Origin: Chiloscyllium plagiosum
Taxonomy: Eukaryota
Assembly (NCBI RefSeq): GCF_004010195.1
Contig: NC_057711.1
Location: 74,287,383 to 74,329,738, forward strand
Direction of reading: 5' to 3'
DNA: 42,356 nucleotides
Part shown: piece after piece, positions 11,531 to 24,305 of the stretch
Position numbering within the stretch: position 1 is the stretch's first letter
How the letters are laid out: every line of letters starts with the position of its first letter
Program-made: the position numbers and the translations under genes
Notes under the pieces: model-generated
Database searches by the model: none
The model's input: only the letters and a program-made list of their open reading frames with translations
Told to the model about the DNA's origin: nothing

Positions 11531-12619
11531 CTTCATTCTTCATTCATTGTCTGGAGCTGAATGTGAAGTAGCTAAATATGGGTGGGTTAGGGTTGGGACT
11601 GAAATTTAAAAAAAAGATTTGTACCCTAAGCCTAACAACCTCAAACCCAGCCACTTCTTGTTTAATGGAGATAAAAGCAAACAAACCACTTTTTGAGTGG
11701 GAATCATGGACGTCCAGGTTGGAATCTCCACATTCCAACAACAGATTTGCTCTTGTTGATATCCAATAATAACATATCTTGGTGATATGTAATTATCCTT
11801 TGTTCTCGAACTATTCCTAACCTTTCCAATTTTAAAGGTCTTAACCTTCTATATGTAATTCTACAAGACAATTACTAACATTGTTAATATAATCTAGTCT
11901 AAAAAGGGGATTCACCTAAGACTAAGATAACTAAGGTTTTATCTAATAGATGTCTTCAAAACCATAGATTTACTTGCCAATTGATTAGGAATGTGACAAA
12001 TTTAACAATATTTTGCCTCCCTTCCTGATAATGTAAAATTGTGGTCTTTCGTCCTTGCTGGCTGAGAAACCTTCTCAAACTACAGAATGGTTATGAACCA
12101 CATTGGCAGCTGATCAGCTGCAGGGTAAAATTTCAGTCTCTTTCCATCTACTTGTGTTTTCCAATGCAACACATGGGCTAGCAGCCATTTCCTCTCATGA
12201 CCCCCTCCTGATCCTCAACCACTAAAAAAGCTTTAGCTTTCGAAGGTCCATTTCACTTTAGTTCTCTCTTGACAGAAACACCTCTTGACCCACTTTCAGA
12301 AGGTCATTCAGTCAGGGTTGGCTCGTTTATGTCCCAATACTCTTAACTCTGCTTACCTGGGTTGATTTTCACTAGCACGGTTTTCCTTTCTTCCTCCCTT
12401 CTTTTCCACTATCCTTTCTGTTGAGTCATACTTCACCTCCTCTTCCTCTTCCTATGTCTTCTTCCTCCCCAGTGGCTTTCCTTCTTCCTTTAACTCTCAC
12501 CCATCCTGGGTTCTCCCATCTGTTTCTCCCAACTACTTTGTTCCTCTTTCAGGACAGGGGCTTGAACGTTTTGTACTAGATTTATTCATACAAAACCTCA
12601 GGCCTAATAGTGTTATATT

Positions 12620-13052
12620 CTCGTGTTCATTAACTGTGAACTTCAGTTACGTGAAAAATACTCGAGAAGCTGGATGTGTTCTTCTGACAACAGAGAAGAT
12701 AGAAATATTTATCATGGGTGTTCAAAATACTGAGTTTTGTTACATAAGGAGAAACAGTTTGTTCTTTGTCATAGAAAGCTCAGTAATGAGAGAATATAAA
12801 TTTCAGGTAAAGGACCAGAAGTGACAGATGGAGATCTTTTAAAATAGACATTGTACTGCAATGCAATATCTGAGGAAATGGTAGAATTTGATTCAATAAT
12901 AATTTTAAAAAGGGAATTAGATGAATATTTGAAAAGGGGCATTTTTGTCGGATTATGGAGAAAGGAGAGGGGAATGGGACTAATTGGATTACTCTTTCAA
13001 AAAAGGGTTAAATGGTCTCCCTGCATGCAACATCATTCCAGAACTCTAAGAT
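12620..13052 (+). mobile_element. Old CR1 3' fragment
   Basis: EEMVEFDSIIILKRELDEYLK resembles the CR1 ORF2 C-terminus, followed by a decayed 3'UTR. Confidence 0.6.
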
Positions 13053-13064
13053 AATATCTTATTA

Positions 13065-13541
13065 CTAACTTCATCCAAAACTCTGCTGCTGTGTCTTGAC
13101 TCTCAAAGTTTCCTCTCCTATTATCCCTGTGCTAGCTGACTACATTGGCTTCCAGGTAAATAATGTTTTGATCTTACAATTCTCACTCCTGTTTTAACAT
13201 TCCTGCATGACTTTGTTTTTCCTATTTTTGTAATCTCTTCCAATCCACAACCCTCCAAGATAGCTATGCTTCTCTAATTCTGGTCTCTAACTTCTCATTC
13301 TGAATTATATTTGCTCGGTCATTGATGGCCATGCCTTCTGTTACCTAGGCCATGAACTCAGGAATTATTTCCCTGCTTCTTCAGGTAGAGTTCTTAAGGC
13401 AGAGCACTTCGACAGAAGTTTTGGTCACCTGGCCTATTAGCTCCTTATGTAACTCGGTGTCATAGTTTGTTTTATAATGCTGCTGGAAAGCACTTCAGGG
13501 TGCTTCATCATGTTAGTATATAAATGCAATTTCTTGTTGTT
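13065..13541 (+). mobile_element. L2-type LINE 3' end, degraded
   Basis: IQNSAA...IPVLAD(L)HWLP read across frameshifts; tail TATAAATGCAATTTCTTGTTGTT. Confidence 0.65.
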
Positions 13542-14599
13542 AATTTGATTAATTGTTCAGTTTAGAAGATGTATTGAAATCCTACCTCTGCTTATAAAGA
13601 TTTTTCTTTTAGATTTACTCCAGCAAAATTGAAACCAGTTATGATTTCTTCAGAAATAATTGTCACTCTGTTGTGATGAGATGAAAAATATTATGCTCTT
13701 AAAGCAAGCTCTCTAACTGTGGCTGCCATTTATGAAGCTGGTTTGATCTTAACATGGAAGATTAACGGTACTAACAGTGCCAGCCATAGTAACATTGTTA
13801 TCTTATAGTTATACTAGATAACATTTATTGATTTTTTTATTATAGTGTCATATGTACTGTTATTACGGCATTGCTAGATTTTAATTCAATTTATAGTTTT
13901 CAGCAATTTGTTGAAAGGTGTTCATATGGTTTAGAACTTCTTCAATAAATAATATTGTTGTTTAGGTAATCCTATTTTATTGCACTGTTGTCTCTGCTGT
14001 GCACTGCAACCAAAATATTATTTAAATTGTAAACAAACAAATCGCCAAAATTCTATTCTTAAGTAGCAAAGCTTGTTGCAACGTTTATATGGAAATGAGA
14101 AATTTCACCTTTATTTTCAGGTACTATCTATCCTCTAATATATTTAATGTGAGAGCAAAGATATTGTAGCAGATCTCTGCTACAATGTCTTTGCTCTATT
14201 TATATATTTGTGGTGCATTTTCTGTAGTTTCTCCTCTTTTCATATCTCCGCAACTCAATTTTGTCTACACTGCTGGCCATCAATTGTATCCTCCCCTTTC
14301 TGTACTTCTATGTCTCTCAATGTAGTGCAACTGTATGCAGGAATACATTATCCAAAAGTTTCTCTCTTTCTCTCAAGTACACAAATTTATTTGTGGTATT
14401 TTAATAGATATCAATCTCACAGCTGCAAATCACCTGGAAGCTGTTGCATATAAGAATGACCTGAATATCATAAAACATGTACAATATACCAACAGTAGAA
14501 CTTAGCTCAAATAATCCAACCTAGTTCAGGTAGAGACAATTTAGTGAAAACAAAGATTCCAGAATTACAATAATACTACTTAGCTTTGGTGTCAAAGAC

Positions 14600-14870
14600 A
14601 GTGGCACATGATGTTGGTTGGATTGTTTGGAAGAATTGACCAGCTCATAATTGTGATTTTCTCAGCAATGACTTGCCTCGACTTTCCAGCAGAGGTCACT
14701 GGATAACAATCAGCAGTAAAACAAAACCTTGAATATTTTGCCTTTCTCTTACCCAGGGACAGCAAGGACAATTATTTTATTCCTAACCACCCAGTTAAGA
14801 TCATTAACTCAGAACTGACTAAGGAATAGACCTGGGAATTTATTAATCTGTTAGTTTGGTAGCTTGCCAA
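14600..14870 (-). mobile_element. Highly decayed SINE-like repeat
   Basis: Resembles from memory a shark SINE body (CCAGCAGAGGTCACTGGATA...GATCATTAACTCAG...ACCTGGGA); not verifiable within the window. Confidence 0.3.
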
Positions 14871-16674
14871 GCAGTCCTCTTGCCCAAATATTTTCAAATC
14901 TATTATTTAATTTATTTGCATCAAGATAAAGGGCCCAGTGGGAGAGATAGGAAATGGGATATTTCATCAGTCAGGGATGACAAATATTTCAAAGTTTGGT
15001 AAAATATAAGTCACTCGACAATTTATTTTTTCTGTTGCTGCTAAGTATAACAGAAACCCATTTTTTTTTAAAAAACTTGAAATCACCTTTATTTTTCACA
15101 GTGAGACCTACAATGATTTAAGAGCTTTCCCTCAGTTGTGTTTAACATTCAATTGAGCTTATAATGCGTGTAATGTCGTAAAGGATCCAGAAATTCATTC
15201 CAATCTGATGTAGCATTCATTTCAGGCTCCATATTACTGCAGGTTCACTTTCAATGACTTCAAGCCTCACTCTGACATTAATTCATTGTAGTATGTAATT
15301 TTCAGCGGACATCACTGGTTAGAATGACTATAGAGGCTGAAGGTGGGAAAATCAATCATATAACAGGTGATCCTGCTTGCAGCATCATAATACAATACCA
15401 AAATGGAAAGTGATGAGGAGGAGGAATTTGACAAGGAGGGATAACATTACACACCAAGCTAATCCAGCCAAGTGCTGAAATGAACAGTTTAGATGAGACA
15501 CACAAGACACTATCTTCATTTATTGCTTAGACCAAGGATTGTATTGAAGCCTTTTTCCATAATTATGATCCAGCAGTAGTTGGTAGTCATGCACTAATGA
15601 CCTTTGAGTCTTGCTGATGCCACTGGCTGCTTATGAGATTGCTAGGACATTTTCCTTTCCAACACGAATATCTGTTTTATAGCATCAGAACACACTCATA
15701 TAGATCTAAGGAAGCACAAGTGACTGTATTTATCAACGAATTCCAGAAAAACAAATTCACAAATCTGCACGCCATGTCTGTTATCCTTTGAGTTATAATA
15801 TATCTGCTGCCAAACTGAGGCAACTGTAATGTAATGGTTTAAATATCACTGTGGAAGTAGCATAAAATGTAGAGAACACAGTTTTACATTAAATATTTCT
15901 TCCTATTTTAGATGCAATATACTGTGGTCTCTCGAGATTCTCTACATTTTCTTTTGCTTTGGAATTTATGCAGTTTATTATCTATCTTCAATCTAGCTGC
16001 ATAAAACAGATAAGGGATGTGCTGCAAATTGACACAGTCCAAGGTCCAAGACTATGTATGGAGGGAAGCATTAAAGGTAAGAGCAGGCACTGCAGATGCA
16101 AAATGGTGAGGAGTCACTGTTTAAGGCCTTCTAGCCACAGTACGCTGAGGGAAGGAAACTAAATAACCCCTTTGGCAGTGTGCCTTACAACAAGTTGCAT
16201 TCTGGAAATCAAGAGTATTGAAAATGAATTGAGGCACCGCAGAATGGGCATGCTGAGTATAGAAATGTTTACATCAATTACAGTTTCAATAGTTTCTAAT
16301 TTGAAATGCTTGCTCTTCCTCTTGACACCTGACATGGAATATACATTGTAAGTATTAAAACTATTGGAATTGTTTTAAGTAGAACATGCTGTATGTAGAT
16401 AAGTTGAATTTTATTGGAAATTCTGTAATAGAGTCATAGAATCATACAACACAAACACAGACCCTTTGACCAACTCATCCTTGCTGACCAGATTTCCCAA
16501 ATTAAACTCATCCCATTTGCCTGTGTTTGGTCCACATCCCTCTAAACCTTTCCTATTCATATACCTGTCCAAATGTCTTTTAAATGTTGTAATTGTACCT
16601 GCATCTACCACTTCCTCTGGCAGTTCATTCCATATATGCACCACCCTGTGTGTGAAAATGTTGCCCCTTTAAAT

Positions 16675-17119
16675 AGAAAGGGTTCAGAAAAGATTTACAA
16701 GGATGTTGCCAGTACTGAGGGATTTGAGCTATAGGGAAAAACTGAATAGGCTAGGGCTGTTTTCCCTGTATGTCGGAGGCTGAGGGCGACCAGGGTCTCT
16801 TTCCTGGGGCAAGGGAGTCCAGAACTAGACGACATAGGTTTAGGGTGAGAGGGAAAGATATAAAAAATACCTAAGGGGCAACTTTTTCACTCAGAGGGTA
16901 GTACATGTATGGAATGAGCTGCCAGAGGAAGTAGTGGAGGCTAGTACAATTGCAACATTTAAAAAGCATCTGGCTGGGTATCTGAATAGGAAGGGTTTAA
17001 AGGGATATGGGTTGGTTGCTGCTGGTGGGACTAGATTGGTTTGGGATTTCTGGTCGGCATGGACAAGTTGAACTAAAGGGTCTGTTTCCGTGCTGTACAT
17101 CTCTATGACTCTATAACTC
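16675..17119 (+). mobile_element. HER1-type CR1 3' end inserted antisense in another CR1
   Basis: Reverse complement of the 7209-7720 type sequence with an internal deletion; ends CTCTATGACTCTATAACTC; TAAAT on both sides (16670-16674, 17120-17124). Confidence 0.9.
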
Positions 17120-17786
17120 TAAATCTTTCCCCTCTCCCCTTAAAATAATGCCCTCTAGTTTTGAATTCCCTTGGCCTAGGGAAAAGACTTCTGTATTTTA
17201 ACCATATCTACATCCCTCATAGTTTTATAAATCTCTATAAGGTTACCTCTCAACATCTTGTGCTCAAGGGTAAACAGTAGCAACCTTTCCAGCCTCTCCT
17301 TATAACTCCATCCATCTCGGTCTGGTAACATCCTTGCAAATCTTTTCTCCAAATCAATAACATCCTTCCTGTAGCAGGGCAATCATAACTGTATGCAACA
17401 CTCCAAAAGTGCCCTTACCAATGTCCTGTACAACCTCAACATGACCCCTCACTCCTATATTCAATGTTCTGACCAAGAACGCAAGTGTGTCAAACACCTC
17501 CTTCACCATCAAGTCTACTTACGACACTGCTTTCAAGAAAATATCACATGAACCCCTAGGTCTCTCTGTTCAACAAAATTCTCCAGTGCCCAACCAATAA
17601 CTGTGTAAGTCCTGCCCTGGTTTGTCATACCAAAATGCAACATCTCACATTTATCTAAATTAAATTCCATCTGCCACCTCTTGGCCCATTGGCCCAATTG
17701 CTCAAGATCCCATTGTACTTTTAGATGACCTTCTTCACTGTCCACTATACCACTAGTTTTGGTATCGTTGCAAACATACTAAACAT

Positions 17787-18420
17787 TGTCACAAAGCTGG
17801 TCCTTTTTTCTCAAAGCTGTCCCTTTTCTTAAGGATACTGTGTCCTTTTTTTTTTCAGAGGAGTTGTAAACAGGCCGGGCTCTGAAACAGCTGAGTTTGG
17901 TACAGAGATGCAAGGCCTTTTCGTTTATACATAAACAGATGAGTCATTAGGGCAAAGCTTTTATGTTTTTAGAAGTAACTTGCATGAGTCCAGGGAGCGT
18001 AGCCAGCTCTCTAGCTGATCAGTTCAGTCCAGACCAATTAGGGAGTTCAGTAGTGGGTTGTGTGGAAACAGGCTGCTAGACTCTCTCTCCTTCTGCCCTT
18101 CTAACTTTGACCTGTAAGCCTTTGTTTCATTTTTACTGTACTTGAGGGGGGTTTGCTTATTGGGACTGTTGTGCATATTCAAAACAGCATAATTCAGTCT
18201 AATTTGGATAGACTGAGTTCTGTAGCTGCTCTTTATTCTGTTCTTTGTGTTTCATTCTGTAACTTTGTGAATACATTTCATCTGTTTTAAAACCTGGTAG
18301 TCAACCTAGCTGACTTATTCTGGGTAATTGTCATTGGGCACTAACCAAAACAAATTGCAAAGTTATGGCCTGGGATGCCTAATTAAGAATGTTTTGAGTG
18401 GTCTGGCCTAGTCTATAACA
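17787..18420. mobile_element. Solo LTR (634 bp)
   Basis: Starts TGTCAC, ends ATAACA (TG..CA with short imperfect inverted ends). 4-bp TSD ACAT/CCAT. The host CR1 is continuous once it is removed. Confidence 0.75.
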
Positions 18421-19490
18421 CCATGCTTCCTGTAGTCTCATCCAAATCATTTACATAAATGAAAAACAACAGTGGACACAGCACCAATCACAGCAGAACA
18501 CTGCTGGTAACAGACCTCCTGTCTGAAAAACAACCCTCCACCACCACCCTCTGTCTCCCACCATCCAGCCAATTTTGTATCAAACTGGCTGGCTCTCTCT
18601 GGATCCCGTGTGATCTAACTTTACTAACCAGTCTCCCAAGTGCAACCTTTCCAAAGTTGAAATGTTCCCATTAATTTTACATTTTTTGTGAATGAATTAA
18701 AAGTTTGAAACAAAAGGGGTCTAATTCCTTCATGTAGCAAGATACTATGTCATCCTGAAAGATAGGCAATGCTTTGTGTGTTACCTATGCAAAACTCTTC
18801 ATCGATATCATTGAAGTATACCAAAAGGACCACACAGGTAATAGTTTGTGGTGCTTCCTGTCCTGGTGAATTGATGCAATTCTGTATTACATTATTACAA
18901 ATGGTCTGACGTGAACTAATTTCTCTCATTTAATATGATAGTGGCAATAACATCTTCCTAAAGACTAAATGTGATGATATTCTGAGGGATTTTTCCAGGT
19001 GAAATACATGGAAGATGCATTCACATTTTTCATGCAAAAAACAAGGCAAGGCCATTTAGTCAGGCTCTGCAAAAATGCTTAAGCTATGGAATCTTTCTAT
19101 GGTTCAATATCTCACCTCCTAACAAAAACCAAATTCAGTAAATGCGAAAAATCTGAAAAGAAAAAAAAAATTATGTTTTCATCCCTGTTCTATTTGCTTT
19201 TGCACTTGATAAACATGGAGAGAAAAGGAGTTAGAACTGAAAGCAGCTAAAACAGGCAAGGTTTTAATGGGTTAAGGTTCTAAGATTTTAAGGCTTTATT
19301 GACATTGCTAGGAGGAACAGGGATGCTTCACTGACCCTACAAGGGAATACTTAGACTTCCCATGCTCTGTGCTTCCCTTCATCTCCCTGGCCAAACATAA
19401 AGATTTTACTGTGACCTATCAAGTTTCAAGGGTCAAATGTTTCCTTCCTGCCAGTAACTTCCTGCCTCCTGCAATCTCACTATTATTGCA

Positions 19491-19689
19491 AGAAAAACAG
19501 AAATTGCTGGTGAAACCCAGCCGGTCTGACAGCATCTGTGTGAAGAAAGCAGAACTGTACTGATGAATAGTCACTGGATGTGAGACGTTAACCCTGCTTT
19601 CTTCCCACAGATGGGAAGAAGGTCTGCTGAGTTTAGCCAGAAATTTCTGTTTTTGTTTTGAATCTCCAGCATCTGCAGTTCTTTGTTCT
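19491..19689 (+). mobile_element. Foldback PLE-derived element, family C, degenerate hammerhead
   Basis: Inverted arms ~19493-19552 and ~19594-19654. CTGATGA at 19560-19566 ... GAGACGTT. Tail CCAGCATCTGCAGT. TSD 19474-19490 / 19690-19706 (14/17). Confidence 0.8.
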
Positions 19690-20553
19690 ATTTCACTGTT
19701 CTTGCAGGCCAGCCATGGCTTCCTGTCAGTTTCAGGCAGGCAACTAATTAGATGTATGTAGATGATATTCACAAGTTAAATCTGCCTAGGTTTCTCACAG
19801 ACATTAATGCAATTCACTTCCACCCTTCATTTCCCAAACACCAACCATATGCACTTTGTTCCTGATTTGGTTATACCTCTAAGATGCAAAAACAACAGTC
19901 TTGCATCAAACTTCTAGTCGCACCAACTCTGAAGCCAACATTTCAGTGTGGGTGCTAGCACTCACTTCCCCAACTCTGGAAGATTCAGAAGCATACAGAA
20001 CTGAGCAGCTCTATTACCTACTACTTATTCCATTCCCTCGTTCTCCTAAAAATGGCATTGAAACCCTGATACATACAAATTTGGATAGCTCCCTAGCTAA
20101 TGTTACACAGGTGCCCCACTTATAACTTGCAATGGGATACAACAGGAAGAATTGTATTGAATTTGGCAGGCATGGGCAGAACTGTTCTTTACCTACTGAG
20201 CTGCATAATGTTTCCCTATCATGAACGTCAATAAAATGTTAGTTTCATTTTCCTCTTATTCTACTTCATTTATTTTTACAATTTCATTTGTGGAGGATGA
20301 GAGCACAGAAGAGAGCAAAAGAGGAATTTCCATTTATTACCATTCTCTAATATGAATAGTAACTGCAAATGTGCAAATAACCTGAAAGTTCTTGATTCTG
20401 GCATACAAGTTGCAACTCAAAATTTGTTGTTGACTTGAGAAGCTGCTAACATTGCAAATCCCACTAGTGCTTTAGTTGGGAATTGTTCAGCCACTAAATA
20501 TTTTCACATGGAATACTTAACACTGACTCAATCTGGTAAAGACTTTGCTATAC

Positions 20554-20800
20554 TGTAAACAGAAAATGCTGTAAATCACAGCAGGTCAGGCAGTATCTGT
20601 GAGAGATAGAGAGCAAGCTAATGTTTGAAGTCTAGAATACTCTTCGTCAAAGCTGGATGAAGCACTAGTTCTGATGAAAAGTCATTTAGACTCAAAACAT
20701 TAGCTTGATCTCTCTCTATGGATGCTGCCTGACCTATTGTGATCTCCAGCATGTTTTGTTTTCAGGACAGATTCCAGCATCTGCAGTAATTTGCTCCTAC
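20554..20800 (+). mobile_element. Foldback PLE-derived element, family D, two degenerate hammerheads
   Basis: Inverted arms ~20557-20653 and ~20668-20762. CTGATGA (20671-20677), AA, AGTC-ATTTA-GACT, CAAAACATT. TSD AAGACTTTGCTATAC (20539-20553) / AAGACTTGGTTATAC (20801-20815). Confidence 0.82.
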
Positions 20801-21268
20801 AAGACTTGGTTATACCTAGTTTGTCTACATGCAAGTTACTTAGGCATCAACTCTGCAATAGGATAAGGAATTCACCCCATTTATGTGAGTATGCTGGTAA
20901 AGTGAGATGCAGTCTGTAACTCATTGCAGAAAACATTTCACTGGCAGACATTGACAAGTGTACAAGGAATTGTCACAAACCATAACTCGTTTTCATCTCT
21001 GCTCCCAGTGCAAAAGACCTTCATACTCTTTGTGAAGAACCTGAAACAAAAATGGTTCAAAATAATATCCAGCCTCACTGCTTTTAGCAATGTTATTCCT
21101 ATGTTGCATTAAGTTACAAAATTCAGTGATAACCTGTTAAGTGAATCTGGGTCTGCAAAAGCACTGGTCCTCTGAGAGGTTACAATATCTATTTGACTAA
21201 GACAAAGTCCATTGTCAGATTGCATCCTGAAGGACTTGATTTTTCTTCTCTGAATACTATCAATACAA

Positions 21269-22100
21269 GGGGCATATTTTACACTTCTCTTATGCCAGAT
21301 GTACAGGTGGATTGCTTGTAAACTAGAATGAGTGGACCCACAATGCCTTCCCACCTACCCCTGAGTTGTCTTCCATAATATACTGGGCAGGTAAAACATC
21401 AGCCAGGCTGCCCTGCCCTGGATCTATTGATGACATTACTTCCATATTCTTGATAGAAAAGTGGATTGGATCCTGACTAATTACAATGATATTACCCTCA
21501 GAGTGGCTTTAATGAAGACACTGTGAGATTCTGACACCTCAGGGATAGAAATTCCCACCCCTGAGAGCTATTGGCCAATTTGATTGGGTGGTGAGCTGAG
21601 TAGTCTCTGTACCAGCAGCTCTTAGTGGTAGTCATTACTGGGGCAACAAGCATTCCCACGGAGGAGATTTATGATGCCTGGAATTCAAAGTAATCCTGAA
21701 ATTCTTGGCCAAGGAGGGAGCAAGTTATGTGTTGTGTTTTGGAGGCGAAGAGAATAGTTACAAAAAGGAAGGGAACATCTTGGAAGTGCTCCAAATGGCT
21801 ATGGAGCATTCCCTAAAACAATTGCACCCCTTCATCTCCATCCTTATGCCTTCTCACCTGAGATGTGAAAAGATGAGCTAGTCACATGTATAACTGCGGG
21901 TTGGCAGAAACAATCCCTGAACTTACTATTAATGATCAGCTAAGAACTTTAGCAGGCTTAAGGGTGGGTGGGCTGACTGTCTATTATTTTTACCTTTCCA
22001 CCTATATAATAAGGAGGACAGCTGGGTATTAGTGGGAAGGTTGTCAGCTTACCATTGCTCCCCATCTGCAATTACGTCTGCAGAAGCCATAAAATTCATC
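21269..22100. mobile_element. Degenerate MITE-like element with subterminal inverted repeats
   Basis: CCTTCCCACCTACCCCTGAGTTGTCTTCCATAATATA (from 21346) is roughly complementary to TATAATAAGGAGGACAGCTGGGTATTAGTGGGAAGG (to 22040). Outer ends are uncertain. Confidence 0.45.
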
Positions 22101-22116
22101 ACACTGAATAAGGGTA

Positions 22117-22178
22117 CAAAGTTAAAAACCACACAACACCAGGTCATAGCCCAGTCCAACACCAGCATCTCCAAATCA
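22117..22178 (+). mobile_element. Collapsed PLE family A element (62 bp)
   Basis: Left-arm start (CACACAACACCAGG) is joined directly to the tail (CCAGTCCAACACCAGC..ATCA). TSD TGAATAAGGGTA (22105-22116) / TGAGTAAGGGTA (22179-22190). Confidence 0.8.
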
Positions 22179-24070
22179 TGAGTAAGGGTAGTGATGGTGG
22201 CTGGGGACTCAGCCTTTAAAAAGCTTCCTTTCACATTTTTCAATAGTGAACATGTAATATTACTTGCATCGAGGCATGTTCTATTGCAAGGCATGCCGTT
22301 CCTGTGACAAAATTAAAGTAGATGCAACCAACATGCAAGTTAGTTGGTTTTATTTACTGTGTTTGAAGCATATTTTGATGAAATGTTTTTGCTTTAATCA
22401 GCAACTTTGGCAGTGTCTTTGTATTGTCTGCAATGAATTACTATGCTGTAAATCTCACAGTAATCCTTAGGAAAGCAATTCAGATAATTGCACCATTATG
22501 AGAATACTGAGAAGTATTTGGGCAGATTGGAATTTATAAATGCCACAGCACTTGCAAAATTCATATTAATGATTAAGATTCACATAATAGTTTAATACAA
22601 GGTGATTTGGCATTTTACACTGAAATAGAGTTGTCCCAAGGCATTACAAACAGCATCATGCCTCTCAAATGAACAATTCCAAATATTATCTAGATTTCAT
22701 TATTTACTGAATAATCTGAATAGTTAAAGGAATATTTCAGGGAATCAATGAACTGCCCCCAGTTATCTATTCATTCCCAAAAACCAACATAAATGAAGTG
22801 ATGATAAATAAACTAACTGCAAATTTTAAAGTTTAAAAAAATCTTAGGAAGATTGGATAATTTTAGCATTGACAATCACAACAATAATTGTGAAAATGTT
22901 TTACTTCTTCCTATTTGCTACATAGAAAGAAATATTTAGGAAAGTCAGGTGTAAATCGGGTGATGATGAAGCTCAAAAGAATCAAACTGAATATATTTTA
23001 AATTATTTGAAGCAACACTCCATGAATGAGTCAGAATTCATTTTTTAGGACGACATTTTCTGGTGTTCCACTTTATCGATGGAAGTAAGACATCTATGAT
23101 GAAATCAAAATCCACTGACTGATGGGTTTTGATCTCTTCATAGAGAACCGGAATATCTTTATGATCATATTTCAAATGAATTGTCCATGTTCGCTGTCAA
23201 AAATCTAAAGTAACAAATAGCCCAGCGGGATTTATATCGATAATTTTTGATGTTAGTTGGTACAAGCTTGGATTTCCCAGCTTCAGTTTGCAACTGATGG
23301 GTTTTTCTGAATGTCTGAAGTTAATAATTAACTTGAAAATATTTATGTAGCTATGGTGATTTAAAAAAAACATTTTTGAAGAGTGGTTGCAGAGTGAATG
23401 GATTTTGTGCACCAATTAACTTTTGTTTATTTTAGATTGTTTGTGACACAAAATGGTAAATTATGGAGGCTCAAAGGTTTATTAGAGAGTTCTAGAATCT
23501 GTTTTTATCTTCAGCTTGTGAGAAGAGTGCAATTCATGGGTGAGACAGAGAGAAATATTTAGTTTAATTTTTAACTTTGGGTCATGTTACTTCTGGGACA
23601 ATATTAGAGCAGAATGGCTGTGCAGAGCAGTGTTCCAGAGAAAAGAAATAGTAAGTTAGGTCCCCAAGAATTAACATTGATTTCGCAATTTAAAAACTTA
23701 GAAGTAGTTACTCATGATAGGGGCTATGAAGCTCAAGTGTATGATAGCTCCAGAAGAAGCTATCACAATTTCATTTTTAAAAATCTCCCAAGTGGTTTAA
23801 ACCTCTCAAAGTGTTAGATACAGGGACACTGGCGTGATTACTATTCAAGTTGTATTTTGGATACTGTACCAGGTATGGTGTTTTAAGAATTGTACTGGAA
23901 TGTTTTGGGGCACTATTCAAAAGCCTTTATTTTTCATTTTGTTAAGTAAAGGTGAGTTTTGGGATTAAGGGGTTATTCTTCTACAGTGTATTTAAAATCT
24001 ATGAATTTGTTGTGTAAGTAATTGGTTTTGGTTATTCTATGTAATGTTGTTCCTATTGTAATAAACCTAC

Positions 24071-24305
24071 TGTAGTGATTGGATCAAGGTTGGCCAGGTG
24101 GATCACATTAAGTATGGGTTCCCAGTTTGACGCTGTTCACCTGGGCCAGTCAGTGAGCCCTGGCTGACAGGTATAAACAGGAGTCTCAGGGATTCTTCTC
24201 ACTCAAGGAACTGATTCTGAGCTAGCTGGTCGGAGTTCATGTACTGTGTACATGTAAATAGAGAGTGACTTGGTGATGGGCTTCCAGCCTCTGTGGAGTT
24301 ATTTC
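24071..24305 (+). mobile_element. Probable 5' LTR of Gypsy element
   Basis: Starts TGTAGTGAT, has a TATAAA-like motif near 24172, and is followed by a decayed PBS-like TGTGACAAG and then gag. Confidence 0.55.

Larger units (their letters stand above)
16427..18655 (-). mobile_element. CR1 LINE 3' half (second subfamily), interrupted twice
   Basis: VHIWNELPEEVVDAGTITTFKRHLDRYM; LEQLGQWAKRWQMEFNLDKCEMLHFG; tail at 16427-16445. Interrupted at 16675-17119 and 17787-18420. Confidence 0.9.

Noticed and set aside
12370..12560. Pyrimidine-rich tract
   Set aside because: Low-complexity sequence with no supported function.
23197..23415. Possible host exon
   Set aside because: No recognisable protein in the minus-strand frames examined and no convincing splice pair.
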